From: an uncultured bacterium
Lineage (GTDB): Bacteria > Krumholzibacteriota > Krumholzibacteriia > WVZY01 > JAKEHA01
Direction of reading: 5' to 3'
Assembly: GCA_964560355.1 (NCBI GenBank)
Contig: CAZLLI010000003.1
Location: forward strand, 2,711 to 66,710
DNA: 64,000 nt
The notes below the pieces were generated by a model. That model saw only the letters and a list, made by a program, of their open reading frames with translations, had not been told where the DNA came from and made no database searches. Both the position numbers and the translations under genes were made by a program. Below, piece by piece: positions 12,242 through 22,642 of this stretch (its first letter is position 1; every line of letters starts with the position of its first letter).

Positions 12242-13405
12242 TTAGAGCATCGCTTTGGCGACGAAGGTTACGATCTCGCGCACATTCATCACGGTCAAGA
12301 GCAGCGGAAACATGGGGAGCGCGGACGCCACCGCGAACGTCATCACCGTGCGGCGATCGAAGGGAACGACGCGCATCCTGTCCAGGCGTTCGTAGCTCCC
12401 GCCCAGGTCGGCGAGCGACTGGATGTCGGCCGACCCCAGCATGGGCTCGTTGGGCGCTTTCTTCCCCAGCCATTTCTCCTCGAACGCTTGCACGTAACGG
12501 TTGCCGAGGCGCCCGTATTCGACCAGGCCGATGCGCTTCGCCTTGAGGAGCGGAACCAGGAACGTGAACAGCGGCGCCAGCCCGATCGCCACCGACGCGA
12601 CGATGAAGCCGATGATGACGGACTGATAATCCCTGATGTGGGCGCCTTCGTAGAGAATTCGATTCGCCCCCGCGGCCGCGACCACGCAGCTCGCGGCGAA
12701 GCCGACCGCGGCAAAAGCGGTGTGGCCCACGTTGATGAACGCGAGTCCGCCCGCGCAATCGGGGTGCGTGCGCGAGAGCCGCAGGTTGAGCCGCGAGGTC
12801 CGCTGCAGGAAACGCGACCACACGATGTAACGCCAGCTCCAGCGCACGAACAAGAAGGCGACGATCGGCGACGAGACGAACATGTACCAGCGGCCGGGCC
12901 ACGTGAGGCGCATCCCGCCGGCCGCCGCTTCCTCGTACCAGAACTGCGCGTTGTCCGCCACCAAGCCGCGGCTCATGAAATACACGGACGCGAAGGTACC
13001 CACGAGCAGCAGCGCTTCCACCCAGAACGAGTCGGCCCATCGATCCGCGCGCTTGGCCGCGGTGCGAAGGCGCGGCAGGTCGTCCTCGGAAACGATTCCC
13101 GACGTCGCCAAGTTCGCGACCACCATCAGCGTGCGCGAACCGATGCTGGTCTCGATCACGATCAAAAGGGGAATCACGATCAAGAAGCGAATGTGGGCGG
13201 CGACGTCGCGAAAAAAGGAAACGCTGGTGACGTCTTCGGCGCGCGGCATGACGAGCGTCATCACCGCGAGCGGCAGCCACGCGATCAGCCCGATGAGCGC
13301 CGCCCGCATCACCAGCTTCTTTCCGCCCGGGTGCGCGAGCCCCAGCTTCGCTTGGATGCGGTCGATGGGCCCGCAGGGCGTGAGATTCAGCGTGACGTCG
13401 GACAT
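12242..13405 (-). CDS. Uncharacterised polytopic membrane protein (387 aa) inside the Kdo-synthesis cluster
   Basis: Trimmed to MSDVTLNLTPCGP... (ATG 13405, 2 nt after the kdsA stop). Multiple hydrophobic helices; I recognise no family. Confidence 0.6.
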   Translation of the reverse strand: MSDVTLNLTPCGPIDRIQAKLGLAHPGGKKLVMRAALIGLIAWLPLAVMTLVMPRAEDVTSVSFFRDVAAHIRFLIVIPLLIVIETSIGSRTLMVVANLATSGIVSEDDLPRLRTAAKRADRWADSFWVEALLLVGTFASVYFMSRGLVADNAQFWYEEAAAGGMRLTWPGRWYMFVSSPIVAFLFVRWSWRYIVWSRFLQRTSRLNLRLSRTHPDCAGGLAFINVGHTAFAAVGFAASCVVAAAGANRILYEGAHIRDYQSVIIGFIVASVAIGLAPLFTFLVPLLKAKRIGLVEYGRLGNRYVQAFEEKWLGKKAPNEPMLGSADIQSLADLGGSYERLDRMRVVPFDRRTVMTFAVASALPMFPLLLTVMNVREIVTFVAKAML

Positions 13406-13407
13406 GC

Positions 13408-14238
13408 TTACCTCCGCGAGGCGCGCGTCGCGGCGATCACGCGCACCACGTCCTCGAGCAGCGCCGGGAGTTGCGCGAGCGGAAGCATCGACGCGGCGTC
13501 GGACTTCGCTTTTGCGGGCTCGGGGTGCGTCTCGATGAAGAAGCCGTCGACCGGCACCGCGGCCGCCGCGCGCGCCATCATCGCGGCCAGCGCGGGCTCT
13601 CCGCCCGACGACGTGCCCAGCCCGCCCGGCCGCTGCAGCGAGTGCGTCACGTCGAAGATCACCGGGCATTCGGTCGCGCGCATGCGCACGAAGCCGCGAA
13701 AGTCGACCACGAGGTCGTGGTAGCCGAACGACGTCCCGCGCTCGGTGAGGAGCAAATCGCGCGCGCCGGCGGCGCGCGCCTTCTTCACGACGTTCGCCAT
13801 GTCTTCCGGCGCGAGAAATTGTCCCTTCTTGATGTTGAGCGGCTTCCCGCTCGCGGCCGCCGCTTCGATCAGGCTGGTCTGCCGCGACAGGAATGCGGGG
13901 ATCTGCAGCACGTCGAGCACACTCGCGGCCGCCTCTACTTCGCCGACGTCGTGGATGTCGGAGAGCACGGGACAGCCGACGCGCGCGCGCACCTTCTCCA
14001 AGATGCGCAAGCCTTCGTCGATACCGAGGCCGCGAAAGCTCGTCCCCGCGCTGCGATTGTCTTTGAGATAGCTCGCCTTGAAGACGAAGTGGAACTCACG
14101 CGCGATGGGCAGCCGCGAAACCGCGTCGGCGATGGAGAGCGTGAGGTCTTCGGATTCGACGACGCAGGGGCCCGCGATGAGGAGCGGCTTCTCGCCGTCG
14201 CCGACGCGAAACGAGCCGATGGACGCGGAGGCTGACAC
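13408..14238 (-). CDS. kdsA: 2-dehydro-3-deoxyphosphooctonate aldolase (Kdo-8-P synthase)
   Basis: 276 aa; …LLIAGPCVVESEDL… FKASYLKDNRSAGTSFRGLGIDEGLRIL…. Confidence 0.9.
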   Translation of the reverse strand: MSASASIGSFRVGDGEKPLLIAGPCVVESEDLTLSIADAVSRLPIAREFHFVFKASYLKDNRSAGTSFRGLGIDEGLRILEKVRARVGCPVLSDIHDVGEVEAAASVLDVLQIPAFLSRQTSLIEAAAASGKPLNIKKGQFLAPEDMANVVKKARAAGARDLLLTERGTSFGYHDLVVDFRGFVRMRATECPVIFDVTHSLQRPGGLGTSSGGEPALAAMMARAAAAVPVDGFFIETHPEPAKAKSDAASMLPLAQLPALLEDVVRVIAATRASRR

Positions 14239-14257
14239 GGCTTTTCCGCGCGCGCGC

Positions 14258-15889
14258 CTACGCGCTCACTTGGCGTGCCGACGGGGAGTGCGAGTTGCGC
14301 TGTGCCTTGGCCGCGCGCACCAATCCGTAGAACAGCGGGTGCGGCCGGTGCGGACGGCTCTTGAGCTCGGGGTGGAATTGCGACGCGATGAAATAGGGAT
14401 GCTCCGGGAGCTCGATGATCTCGACCAGGCTGCCGTCGGGCGACGTCCCCGAGAACACGAGCCCGTTGCGCTCGAGCACGTCGCGGTACTCGTTGTTCAC
14501 TTCCCAGCGGTGGCGATGGCGTTCGCTGACCTCGGTGGATTCGTAGAGTTCCTCGGCCAGCGTGCCGGGCGTGACCTTGCACGGGTACGCCCCCAGGCGC
14601 ATGGTGCCGCCCTTCTTGCCCGAGTGCGTCTGCCCTTCCATCAAATCGATGACGGGGTTGGCGCAGTTGGGGCTGAACTCGCTCGAGAGCGCGTCCTTGA
14701 TGCCGCACACGTCGCGCGCGAATTCGATCACGGCGCACTGCAGCCCCAGACAAATACCGAGGAAGGGGATGTCGTTCTCGCGCGCATAACGAATCGCGTC
14801 GAGCTTGCCGGAGATACCGCGCTCGCCGAATCCGCCCGGCACCAGAATGCCGGCCGCGCCGCGCAGCACTTCCTCGGCGCCCAGCTTCTCGACGTCTTCG
14901 GCGTCGACCCACTGCACTTCGACTTTGACGTCGTTCTGCACGCCCGCGTGGGTGAAGGCTTCGATGATCGACTTGTAAGCGTCTTGGATCTGCACGTACT
15001 TGCCGACCACCGCGATGCGCACGCTCTGTTCGATCGCGGTCATGCGCTGGATCATGCGCTCCCATTCTTCGAGGTCGGGCTCCTTGGCGTCGATGTGGAG
15101 CAGCTTCACCACGATGTCGTCCAAGCCTTCGCGGTGGAAGTGGAGCGGCACGTGGTAGATCGACGCCACGTCGCGCGCTTCGATGACGGCGCGCTCGCGC
15201 ACGTTGCAAAAGAGCGCGATCTTGGAGCGAATCTCAGGTCCCAGCGGCACTTCCGTTCGGCATAACAAAATGTCGGGCTGGATTCCGATCTCGAGCAATC
15301 CCTTCACGCTGTGCTGGGTGGGCTTGGTCTTGATCTCTTTCGCCGCCTTGATGTACGGCACCAGCACCAGATGAATGAACAGGCAGTTGTCGGCGCCCTC
15401 TTCGTGGCGCAATTGGCGGCAGGCTTCCAAGAACGGTAGGCCTTCGATGTCGCCGGTGGTGCCGCCGACTTCGGTAATAATGACGTCGATGTCGCCGTGC
15501 GTGCCGACCGCCTTGATGCGCGCCTTGATTTCGTCGGTGACGTGCGGCACGACCTGCACGGTCTTGCCGAGGTAGCCGCCGCTGCGCTCACGCTCGATCA
15601 CGGATTGGTAGACCTTGCCCGCGGTGACGCTGTGCTCGCGCGTCAAGCTCTGGTCGAGGAAGCGCTCGTAGTGGCCGAGGTCGAGGTCGGTCTCGCCGCC
15701 GTCGTCGGTGACGAAGACTTCGCCGTGCTGGAAGGGACTCATGGTCCCGGGGTCGACGTTGAGATAGGGGTCGAATTTCTGGAGGGCAACGCGCAAGCCG
15801 CGCTGCTTGAGGAGCAACCCGATCGACGCCGCCGCGATTCCCTTGCCCAAGGACGAGACCACGCCGCCGGTAATGAAAATGTATTTCAT
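14258..15889 (-). CDS. pyrG: CTP synthase
   Basis: [24 protein letters not shown]…; C-terminal glutamine amidotransferase domain …[16 protein letters not shown]…. Confidence 0.95.
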   Translation of the reverse strand: MKYIFITGGVVSSLGKGIAAASIGLLLKQRGLRVALQKFDPYLNVDPGTMSPFQHGEVFVTDDGGETDLDLGHYERFLDQSLTREHSVTAGKVYQSVIERERSGGYLGKTVQVVPHVTDEIKARIKAVGTHGDIDVIITEVGGTTGDIEGLPFLEACRQLRHEEGADNCLFIHLVLVPYIKAAKEIKTKPTQHSVKGLLEIGIQPDILLCRTEVPLGPEIRSKIALFCNVRERAVIEARDVASIYHVPLHFHREGLDDIVVKLLHIDAKEPDLEEWERMIQRMTAIEQSVRIAVVGKYVQIQDAYKSIIEAFTHAGVQNDVKVEVQWVDAEDVEKLGAEEVLRGAAGILVPGGFGERGISGKLDAIRYARENDIPFLGICLGLQCAVIEFARDVCGIKDALSSEFSPNCANPVIDLMEGQTHSGKKGGTMRLGAYPCKVTPGTLAEELYESTEVSERHRHRWEVNNEYRDVLERNGLVFSGTSPDGSLVEIIELPEHPYFIASQFHPELKSRPHRPHPLFYGLVRAAKAQRNSHSPSARQVSA

Positions 15890-15920
15890 ACGCCCCGACC
15901 TCGCTCCTCGCGTTGATGCA

Positions 15921-16661
15921 CTACGACGTCCGCGACCCGTGCGTCGAGTCTAGAGATTCCTCGACGAATCTTTCAACGTTTTTTATGTCGGCGGGCACGT
16001 CGACGCCGACGGTCGCGTGGCGCGTCTCCACCACCGCGATGGTCATGCCGTGCTCGAGCGCGCGCAGCTGCTCCAGCCGCTCCGCGATTTCCAGCGGCGT
16101 CCGGGGGAGTTTGGCGAATTTCGCCAAGGCCTCGCGCCGGAACGCGTACACGCCCACGTGGCGCAGCGCGCGCGCGCCGTCGAACAGCGCGCCGCTCGGG
16201 ATGGGCGTGCGCGAGAAATAGAGCGCGCGCCCGCGCTGGTCGACGACCACCTTGACCACGTGCGGGCTCTGGAGGGATTCGGTGTCCTGGATGGGGTGGC
16301 ACGCGGTCGCGATGTCGACCTCGGGGTCGTTCGCGAGCACCGCGACCATTTCTTCCACCATGGCGGGGTCGAAGATGGGCTCGTCGCCCTGCAGATTGAC
16401 GACGATGTCGGCGCGGAGCGTCTTCGCGACTTCGGCCACGCGGTCGGTGCCGGTTTGGTGTCCGCCGCGCGTCATCACGACCTCGCCGCCGAACTGGCGC
16501 ACCGCGGTCGCGATGCGCACGTCGTCGGTCGCGACCAGCACGCGCGCGGCGCCGCGCACGCGCTGCGCGCCCTCGTAGACCCACGCGATGAGGGGTTTAC
16601 CGAGAATGGTCGCGAGCGGCTTGCCGGGAAAACGCGTCGACCCGAAACGGGCCGGGAGCAC
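15921..16661 (-). CDS. kdsB: 3-deoxy-manno-octulosonate cytidylyltransferase (CMP-Kdo synthetase)
   Basis: …[32 protein letters not shown]… The listed ORF starts at a TTG inside rpmA. No in-frame ATG exists upstream of the conserved core, so a GTG at 16661 (VLPARF) is proposed as the start. Confidence 0.75.
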   Translation of the reverse strand: MLPARFGSTRFPGKPLATILGKPLIAWVYEGAQRVRGAARVLVATDDVRIATAVRQFGGEVVMTRGGHQTGTDRVAEVAKTLRADIVVNLQGDEPIFDPAMVEEMVAVLANDPEVDIATACHPIQDTESLQSPHVVKVVVDQRGRALYFSRTPIPSGALFDGARALRHVGVYAFRREALAKFAKLPRTPLEIAERLEQLRALEHGMTIAVVETRHATVGVDVPADIKNVERFVEESLDSTHGSRTS

Positions 16662-16719
16662 GATAGCGAAGGATGGAGATGCGGGGGCCGTTCGGCCGGA
16701 GAGACGTCTCTTGGAAGCG

Positions 16720-16977
16720 TTAGTTCGCTTCGACGACGCTGACGCGGCGGCGGTTCTTACCGAAAGTCTCGAACCTGACCGTGCCGGTGACCTTCGCAAA
16801 GAGCGTATCGTCCTTTCCGCGGCCGACGTTGCGGCCGGGGTGAATTCGTGTGCCCCGCTGGCGCACGATGATCGATCCGGCGGTGATGAACTCGCCGGAG
16901 AAACGCTTGACGCCGAGTCGCTGACCGTGACTGTCGCGACCGTTCTTGGAGCTGCCTACACCTTTTTTGTGAGCCAT
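16720..16977 (-). CDS. rpmA: 50S ribosomal protein L27
   Basis: [29 protein letters not shown]…. Confidence 0.95.
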   Translation of the reverse strand: MAHKKGVGSSKNGRDSHGQRLGVKRFSGEFITAGSIIVRQRGTRIHPGRNVGRGKDDTLFAKVTGTVRFETFGKNRRRVSVVEAN

Positions 16978-16992
16978 GCTTCCCCTACATCC

Positions 16993-17304
16993 TCAGCCGC
17001 TGAAGTTGGTGAGGCGGATCTCGGTGTACCACTGCCGGTGCCCGTTCTTGCGACGGTAGCCTTTCCGGCGCTTCTTCTTGAACACGATGATCTTGTCCGC
17101 GCGCGCGTGCTTGACGACTTCGCCGCGCACCGACTTGCCCGCGACCAACGGCGCACCGACTTCGGTGCTCTTGCCGTCCGACCACAGGAGGACATCGTTG
17201 AAGGTGACGTTGCCCCCGACCTCGGCTTCCATCTTGGGAACGCGGAGGATCGCGTTCGGGGTGGCCTTGAACTGCTGGCCGTTGATTTTCAGGATCGCGT
17301 ACAT
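16993..17304 (-). CDS. rplU: 50S ribosomal protein L21
   Basis: MYAILKINGQQFKATPNAILRVPKMEAEVG…. Confidence 0.95.
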   Translation of the reverse strand: MYAILKINGQQFKATPNAILRVPKMEAEVGGNVTFNDVLLWSDGKSTEVGAPLVAGKSVRGEVVKHARADKIIVFKKKRRKGYRRKNGHRQWYTEIRLTNFSG

Positions 17305-17428
17305 GCTTGCTCCACTTCGGGTTCCTGCGGTCCACCGCCCTGGCGGCGGTCGAACGCAACCCTGTATGTGTAACCCATCGAGAAAAAAGTGTCAAGGACC
17401 GGTTTTAGGCCGTCCGGACGCCTCGATG

Positions 17429-17953
17429 CTACCCCGCGGTCCCGCAGGCGATGCGCGCCCCGCCGCCCCCCAGCGGCTTCGGGGTGTCCGAGTAGTTGTC
17501 GGCGCCGGCGTGGATCATGATCGAGTGGCCGCGGAGGTCGGAGACCTTGAGGCGCGGCGCGAGCACGGGCAAGGTCGCGGTGCCGTCGGCGTCGACGAAC
17601 AGCGGCGGCAGGTCGCCGAGGTGGCCGTCGCCGTAGGGTCCCAAGTGCTTTCCGGTCTTCGCGGGATCGAGGTGGCCGCCCGCCCCCATGCCCGCGGTCA
17701 TGTGGCCGTCCTTGTCCGCGGGTCCGCACGAAGCGTGTTCGTGGACGTGGAAGCCATGCAACCCGGGCGGCATGCTGTGCAGGTTGGGCGTGAACAGGGC
17801 GCCGTGCGGCGTGTCTTTCACGGTGATGGTGCCGACTTCGGCGCCGTCGCCGGCGTCGGTCGCGATGTGGATGGTGACGACGATCTCGTCGGCCCGCGCC
17901 GCGGTTGCCAGCGCCAGCGCGATTGCAACTAACCAAGCAGTCTTCACGTCCAA
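17429..17953 (-). CDS. sodC: Periplasmic Cu/Zn superoxide dismutase
   Basis: Signal peptide, then …[12 protein letters not shown]… and [15 protein letters not shown] copper/zinc ligands. Confidence 0.85.
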   Translation of the reverse strand: MDVKTAWLVAIALALATAARADEIVVTIHIATDAGDGAEVGTITVKDTPHGALFTPNLHSMPPGLHGFHVHEHASCGPADKDGHMTAGMGAGGHLDPAKTGKHLGPYGDGHLGDLPPLFVDADGTATLPVLAPRLKVSDLRGHSIMIHAGADNYSDTPKPLGGGGARIACGTAG

Positions 17954-18074
17954 TACCTCCTGAAAGCGGGAGCGCGGTCGGAGTCTAGCACACGCCGTCC
18001 CAACGGCGATGTGCTACAATGCCGCATCCCCGAACGGCCATCGTCAATCGACATTCTCCCCTGGAGATTCTTCC

Positions 18075-21000
18075 ATGATCGCACGTTTCCGGCTCCTCTT
18101 CGTCACGCTCACCCTGTCACTCCTGGCCGTCGGCGCGCGCGCGCAAGTCGACGCGCGCATGCTGCAGAACCCCGACGTCTCGCAGACGCACATCGTGTTT
18201 TCGTATGCGGGCGATCTGTGGGTCGTCGCCAAGCAAGGCGGCACCGCGCTCAAGCTGAGCTCGCCGACCGGGCAGGAACTGTTTCCGCACTTCTCGCCCG
18301 ACGGGTCGCGCATCGCGTACAGCGCCAACTACGATGGCAACCTCGACGTGTACGTGGTGCCGACCATGGGCGGCATGCCGACGCGCGTCACCTACCACGG
18401 CATGTCGGACCGCTTGGTCGATTGGTACGCCGACGGCAACTCGCTCCTGTTCGCGTCGTTGATGGCGAGCGGGCGCCAGCGCTTCAGTCAGTTCTACAAG
18501 GTTTCCGCGGGCGGCGGGATGCCGGAGAAGCTCGCGATTCCCTTCGGAGAATTCGCCGCCATCGCGCCCGACGGCAAGACGGTCGCGTACACGCCGCAGA
18601 CCCAGGCCTTCCGCACCTGGAAGCGCTACCGCGGCGGCTGGGCGCCCGACATCTACGCGTTCGACCTTTCCGCGATGACGTCGCGCAACCTGACCAACGA
18701 TCCCTCCAACGACGAGTTCCCGATGTGGAACGGTTCGACGCTGTACTTCCTCTCCGACCGCGGCCCCGAGAATCGCGCCAACATCTGGTCGCTGCGCGAC
18801 GGGCAGGCGAAGCAAATCACCAAGTTCGCCGACTTCGACATCCACTTCCCGTCCATCGGACCCAACGACATCGTGTTCGAAGCGGGTGGCGCGCTGTACC
18901 TCATGAACCTCGCCGACGAAACCTACAAGAAGGTCGACGTCACCGTCTTGACCGACAAGATCACGCTGCTCCCGCACGCCGCCAACGCCTCCGATTTGGT
19001 CGACGCCATATCGCTCGCGCCCGACGGCAAGCGCGCGCTGTTCGGCGCGCGCGGCGAAATCTTCTCGGTGCCGGCGGAGCACGGCCCCGTCATCGACCTC
19101 ACCAACACGAGCGGCGTCGCCGAGCGCTACCCGGCGTGGTCGCCCGACGGCAAGCGCGTCGCGTATTTTAGTGATGCCTCCGGCGAGTACGAGCTCACCG
19201 TGCGCGACCTCGACCAGCCCGGCGCCGAGCAGAAGCTCACCTCCTTCGGCCCCGGCTATCGCTATCGCCCGTTCTGGTCGCCCGACTCGAAGAAGATCGC
19301 GTTCATCGACCAGGCGATGAAGATTCGCGTGTTCGACCTCGACAAGAAGAAGGCGGTGGACGTCGACCGCGGGCTGTGGATGTACGACGACGAGCTGGCC
19401 GGCTTCACGCCCAGTTGGTCGCCCGACAGCCGCTGGCTCGCGTACCGCAAGGACATGGGCAACCGCAACGGCGCCATCGCGCTGTTCGACACCCAAGAAG
19501 GCAAGGTCCACCAAGTGACGTCGGGCTACTACAACGACGCGCTGCCGTCGTTCGACCCCGACGGCAAGTATCTCTTCTTCGCCACCAATCGCTCGTTCGC
19601 GCCCGTCTATTCCGACGTCGACGCCACCTTCATCTATCCCAACAGCACGCACCTCGCGGTGGCGACGCTGTCCGCCGACGTGCCTTCGCCCATGAGTCCG
19701 CGCGACGACTCCACCAAAGTCGCGGCAGACAAGGGCGACGACAAGAAAGACGACAAGAAGAAGGACAAGAAGGACGACAAGAAGAAGGAAGAGCCGAAAG
19801 CGACCAAGATCCAGATCGACGGCTTCGAGAATCGCGTCAGCATTCTGCCGCCCAAGGCCGGCAACATCGGGCGCATTCGCGCCGTGTCGGGCAAGGTCGT
19901 TTTCCACCGCTTGCCCAACACCGGGTCGGCGGACGAGGCGCGCCCCGTCATGTTCTACGACCTCACGGAGCGCGAGGAGAAGACCATCGTCGACGACGCC
20001 GACTTCTACCAAGTGAGCGCCAACGGCGAGAAGATTCTCGTCGGCAAGAAGAACAACTACTACGTAGTCGACGTGAAGGAGGACCAGAAGCTCGAGAAGC
20101 AGATGCCGGCGGGCGAGCTGGCCATGACCGTCGACCCGCGCGCGGAATGGAAGCAGCTCTTCAACGACGCGTGGCGGTTCGAGCGCGACTACTTCTACGA
20201 CCCCGGCATGCACGGCGTCGACTGGAACGCGATGCGCGCGCAGTACGGCAAACTCCTCGACGACGCCGTCACGCGCTGGGACGTCAACTTCGTGATCGGC
20301 GAATTGATCGCCGAGTTGAGCTCGTCGCACACCTATCGCGGCGGCGGCGACGCCGAGCAGGCCAAGGACGTCGCGGTCGGCTACCTCGGCGTCGACTGGG
20401 AGCTCGCGAACGGCGCCTATCGCGTGAAGAAGATCATTCGCGGCGCGCCGTGGGACACCGAGGTGCGCTCGTCGCTCGACGTGTCCGGCGTCGACGTGAA
20501 AGAGGGCGACTACGTGCTCGCGGTGAACGGCCGGCGCATGGACGCGGCCAAGGCGCCGTGGGCCGCGTTCGCGGGCCTCGCCGACAAACCCGTCGTGCTC
20601 ACCGTCAATTCCAAGCCGTCGATGGACGGCGCGCGCACCGTGCTCGTGCAAACCATGGACGACGAGACGCGCCTGCGCCACCTCGCGTGGATCGAAGCCA
20701 ACCGCAAGCGCGTCGACGACGCGACCGGCGGCAAGATCGGCTACATCTACGTGCCCAGCACCGGCCTCGACGGACAGTCGGAGCTCGTGCGCCAATTCGC
20801 GGCGCAATTCAACAAGCAGGGATTGATCGTCGACGAGCGCTTCAACAGCGGCGGCCAAATTCCCGACCGCTTCGTCGAGATGCTGAACCGCAAGCCGCTC
20901 GCGTTTTGGGCCGTGCGCGACGGCGAAACCTGGCAGTGGCCGCCGGTCGCGAACTTCGGGCCCAAGGTGATGCTCATCAACGGTTGGAGCGGTTCCGGCG

Positions 21001-21329
21001 GCGACGCCTTCCCCGACTACTTCCGCAAGGCCGGCGTCGGGCCGCTCGTCGGGACGCGCACGTGGGGCGGATTGATCGGAATCTCCGGCTCGCCCAATCT
21101 GATCGACGGCGGCCAAGTCACCGTGCCGACGTTCCGCATGTACGACCCCGACGGCAAGTGGTTCCGCGAGGGCCACGGCGTCGACCCGGATATCGAAGTG
21201 AAGGAAGACTACGGCCAGCTCGCGAAGGGCGTCGACGTCCAGTTGGAGCGCGGCATTCAGGAAGTCATGAAGCTCTTGAACGCGGCGCCGTCTCCGATGA
21301 CGAAGCAGCCCGCGTACGAGAAGCGCTAG
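18075..21329 (+). CDS. Tricorn-protease homolog (PD40 beta-propellers + PDZ + S41 peptidase domain), secreted
   Basis: Start MIARFRLLFVTLTLSLLAVGARA (ATG 18075, GGAGA SD). Repeated …SPDG… propeller blades; C-terminal S41-like …GWSGSGGDAF… Contains a K/D-rich low-complexity linker. Confidence 0.8.
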   Translation: MIARFRLLFVTLTLSLLAVGARAQVDARMLQNPDVSQTHIVFSYAGDLWVVAKQGGTALKLSSPTGQELFPHFSPDGSRIAYSANYDGNLDVYVVPTMGGMPTRVTYHGMSDRLVDWYADGNSLLFASLMASGRQRFSQFYKVSAGGGMPEKLAIPFGEFAAIAPDGKTVAYTPQTQAFRTWKRYRGGWAPDIYAFDLSAMTSRNLTNDPSNDEFPMWNGSTLYFLSDRGPENRANIWSLRDGQAKQITKFADFDIHFPSIGPNDIVFEAGGALYLMNLADETYKKVDVTVLTDKITLLPHAANASDLVDAISLAPDGKRALFGARGEIFSVPAEHGPVIDLTNTSGVAERYPAWSPDGKRVAYFSDASGEYELTVRDLDQPGAEQKLTSFGPGYRYRPFWSPDSKKIAFIDQAMKIRVFDLDKKKAVDVDRGLWMYDDELAGFTPSWSPDSRWLAYRKDMGNRNGAIALFDTQEGKVHQVTSGYYNDALPSFDPDGKYLFFATNRSFAPVYSDVDATFIYPNSTHLAVATLSADVPSPMSPRDDSTKVAADKGDDKKDDKKKDKKDDKKKEEPKATKIQIDGFENRVSILPPKAGNIGRIRAVSGKVVFHRLPNTGSADEARPVMFYDLTEREEKTIVDDADFYQVSANGEKILVGKKNNYYVVDVKEDQKLEKQMPAGELAMTVDPRAEWKQLFNDAWRFERDYFYDPGMHGVDWNAMRAQYGKLLDDAVTRWDVNFVIGELIAELSSSHTYRGGGDAEQAKDVAVGYLGVDWELANGAYRVKKIIRGAPWDTEVRSSLDVSGVDVKEGDYVLAVNGRRMDAAKAPWAAFAGLADKPVVLTVNSKPSMDGARTVLVQTMDDETRLRHLAWIEANRKRVDDATGGKIGYIYVPSTGLDGQSELVRQFAAQFNKQGLIVDERFNSGGQIPDRFVEMLNRKPLAFWAVRDGETWQWPPVANFGPKVMLINGWSGSGGDAFPDYFRKAGVGPLVGTRTWGGLIGISGSPNLIDGGQVTVPTFRMYDPDGKWFREGHGVDPDIEVKEDYGQLAKGVDVQLERGIQEVMKLLNAAPSPMTKQPAYEKR
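19720..19800 (+). repeat. Low-complexity gacaag/aag-rich coding repeat encoding a DKKDDKKKDKKDDKKKEEPK linker within the tricorn homolog
   Basis: Direct reading of the sequence. Confidence 0.6.
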
Positions 21330-21336
21330 CAGAAAC

Positions 21337-21370
21337 AGGAGCGGGGGATCGTGTCGGATCCTCCGCTCCT
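21337..21370. terminator. Bidirectional hairpin between the convergent tricorn and CTD-protein genes (AGGAGCGGGGGATC-gtgtcg-GATCCTCCGCTCCT)
   Basis: 13/14-bp inverted repeat immediately 3' of both genes. Confidence 0.35.
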
Positions 21371-21390
21371 ACTCCTCGCGCACGCAACGA

Positions 21391-22143
21391 CTAGTCGAGT
21401 ACGACTAGCTTCGCCACTCGCTCCGCGACGTTGGTGCGCAATTGCACGAAGTAGATTCCGCTCGGGGCTCTGCGCCCGTCTTGCGTGCGCCCGTCCCACG
21501 CGAACTCATAGTCGCCCGCTTCGAGCCAGGTTCCCGCGACCAGAGTCGCCACTGCGCGCCCGGTCACGTCGCGAACGACGAGACGGGTGTCCTGGCGCGT
21601 GTCGAGATGAACGCGCATCGTCGTCGACGCCCCCAACGGATTGGGTCCGACCTCCAAGCGTGCGAGAAGCGCCGGTGCGCTGCCCGACCGCACGTCGGTG
21701 GGAGGAAGCGCGCCGGCGATCGAATACTGCTGACTGAAGCACGGAGTTCCAAGTTGTCCATTGAAACAGGAGCAGTCGGAACCCACAAACTGTGCCGTAA
21801 ACGTCCCGGTCCAATGCCCAGCCGACTGGATCTGGCCCGTCAAGGTGTAGGTCTCGGTGCAACCGCCCGGAATCGTCTGCGTGGCCGTGAACGTGCCCGT
21901 TTGACAGTTGACCGTCCCGGCCATGTGCGGGCCGGTGGGGCTGGCATTGATCGATATTTGGTTGCCGTTGACCGACACAATCCAACCGGTCACGTTGAAT
22001 GAGATGAGTGCCATACAACACGAATAGCTCGCCGAGGGCGTGGACACGTACGTACCATTGAGGAGACATTGCGCGCGGGCGGGCGAGACGAACAACGACA
22101 GGAAGCCGGCAACGACGAGGAGCGGGGTTCGGGACCGTCTCAT
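21391..22143 (-). CDS. Secreted Cys/Thr/Gly-rich protein with a T9SS-type (Por_Secre_tail / FlgD-Ig-like) C-terminal sorting domain
   Basis: Signal peptide MRRSRTPLLVVAGFLSLFVSPARA. The C-terminus …DVTGRAVATLVAGTWLEAGDYEFAWDGRTQDGRRAPSGIYFVQLRTN…KLVVLD matches the T9SS CTD pattern. Confidence 0.55.
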   Translation of the reverse strand: MRRSRTPLLVVAGFLSLFVSPARAQCLLNGTYVSTPSASYSCCMALISFNVTGWIVSVNGNQISINASPTGPHMAGTVNCQTGTFTATQTIPGGCTETYTLTGQIQSAGHWTGTFTAQFVGSDCSCFNGQLGTPCFSQQYSIAGALPPTDVRSGSAPALLARLEVGPNPLGASTTMRVHLDTRQDTRLVVRDVTGRAVATLVAGTWLEAGDYEFAWDGRTQDGRRAPSGIYFVQLRTNVAERVAKLVVLD

Positions 22144-22223
22144 GGGGGCCTCTCTTTCGAGCGCCAGTGCGCTCGCCTCCTATCATACCAGAATGCGCGG
22201 GGCTCGTTCGCTTACACCAACTC

Positions 22224-22607
22224 TTACAACCACCCCAGCTTTTTCGCCGCGCCGTGCATCATGTAGATGCTTGCGCAGAGCAGAAACACGCCGAAGCCGA
22301 AGCGCAGGTGCGGGCCGCTGACCTTGTTGGCGAGGTGCGCGCCGACCCAGCCGCCGGCGAGCATGGTGCTCGCGATGATGGCGGCGGCCTTCAAGTCGAC
22401 GTTGCCGTGACGGTAGAATTCGAGGGTCGCGAGGAGTCCGATGGGCGGGAGGAGCACGGCGAGGCTGGTGCCGGTCGCCTTGTGCTGCGTGAACGCGGCG
22501 AAGTAGACGAGCGCGGGGACGATGATGATGCCGCCCCCGACGCCGAACATCCCGGCCGTGATTCCCGCCAGCACGCCGATCGCGATGAAGATCACCCACG
22601 CAGGCAT
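22224..22607 (-). CDS. TauE/SafE (DUF81) family membrane protein, short single-repeat form
   Basis: 127 aa, …GMFGVGGGIIIVPALVYF…. Confidence 0.6.
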   Translation of the reverse strand: MPAWVIFIAIGVLAGITAGMFGVGGGIIIVPALVYFAAFTQHKATGTSLAVLLPPIGLLATLEFYRHGNVDLKAAAIIASTMLAGGWVGAHLANKVSGPHLRFGFGVFLLCASIYMMHGAAKKLGWL

Positions 22608-22642
22608 ACGGACCTCCTAGCGACGAACGCGGTCGCTTTCAC

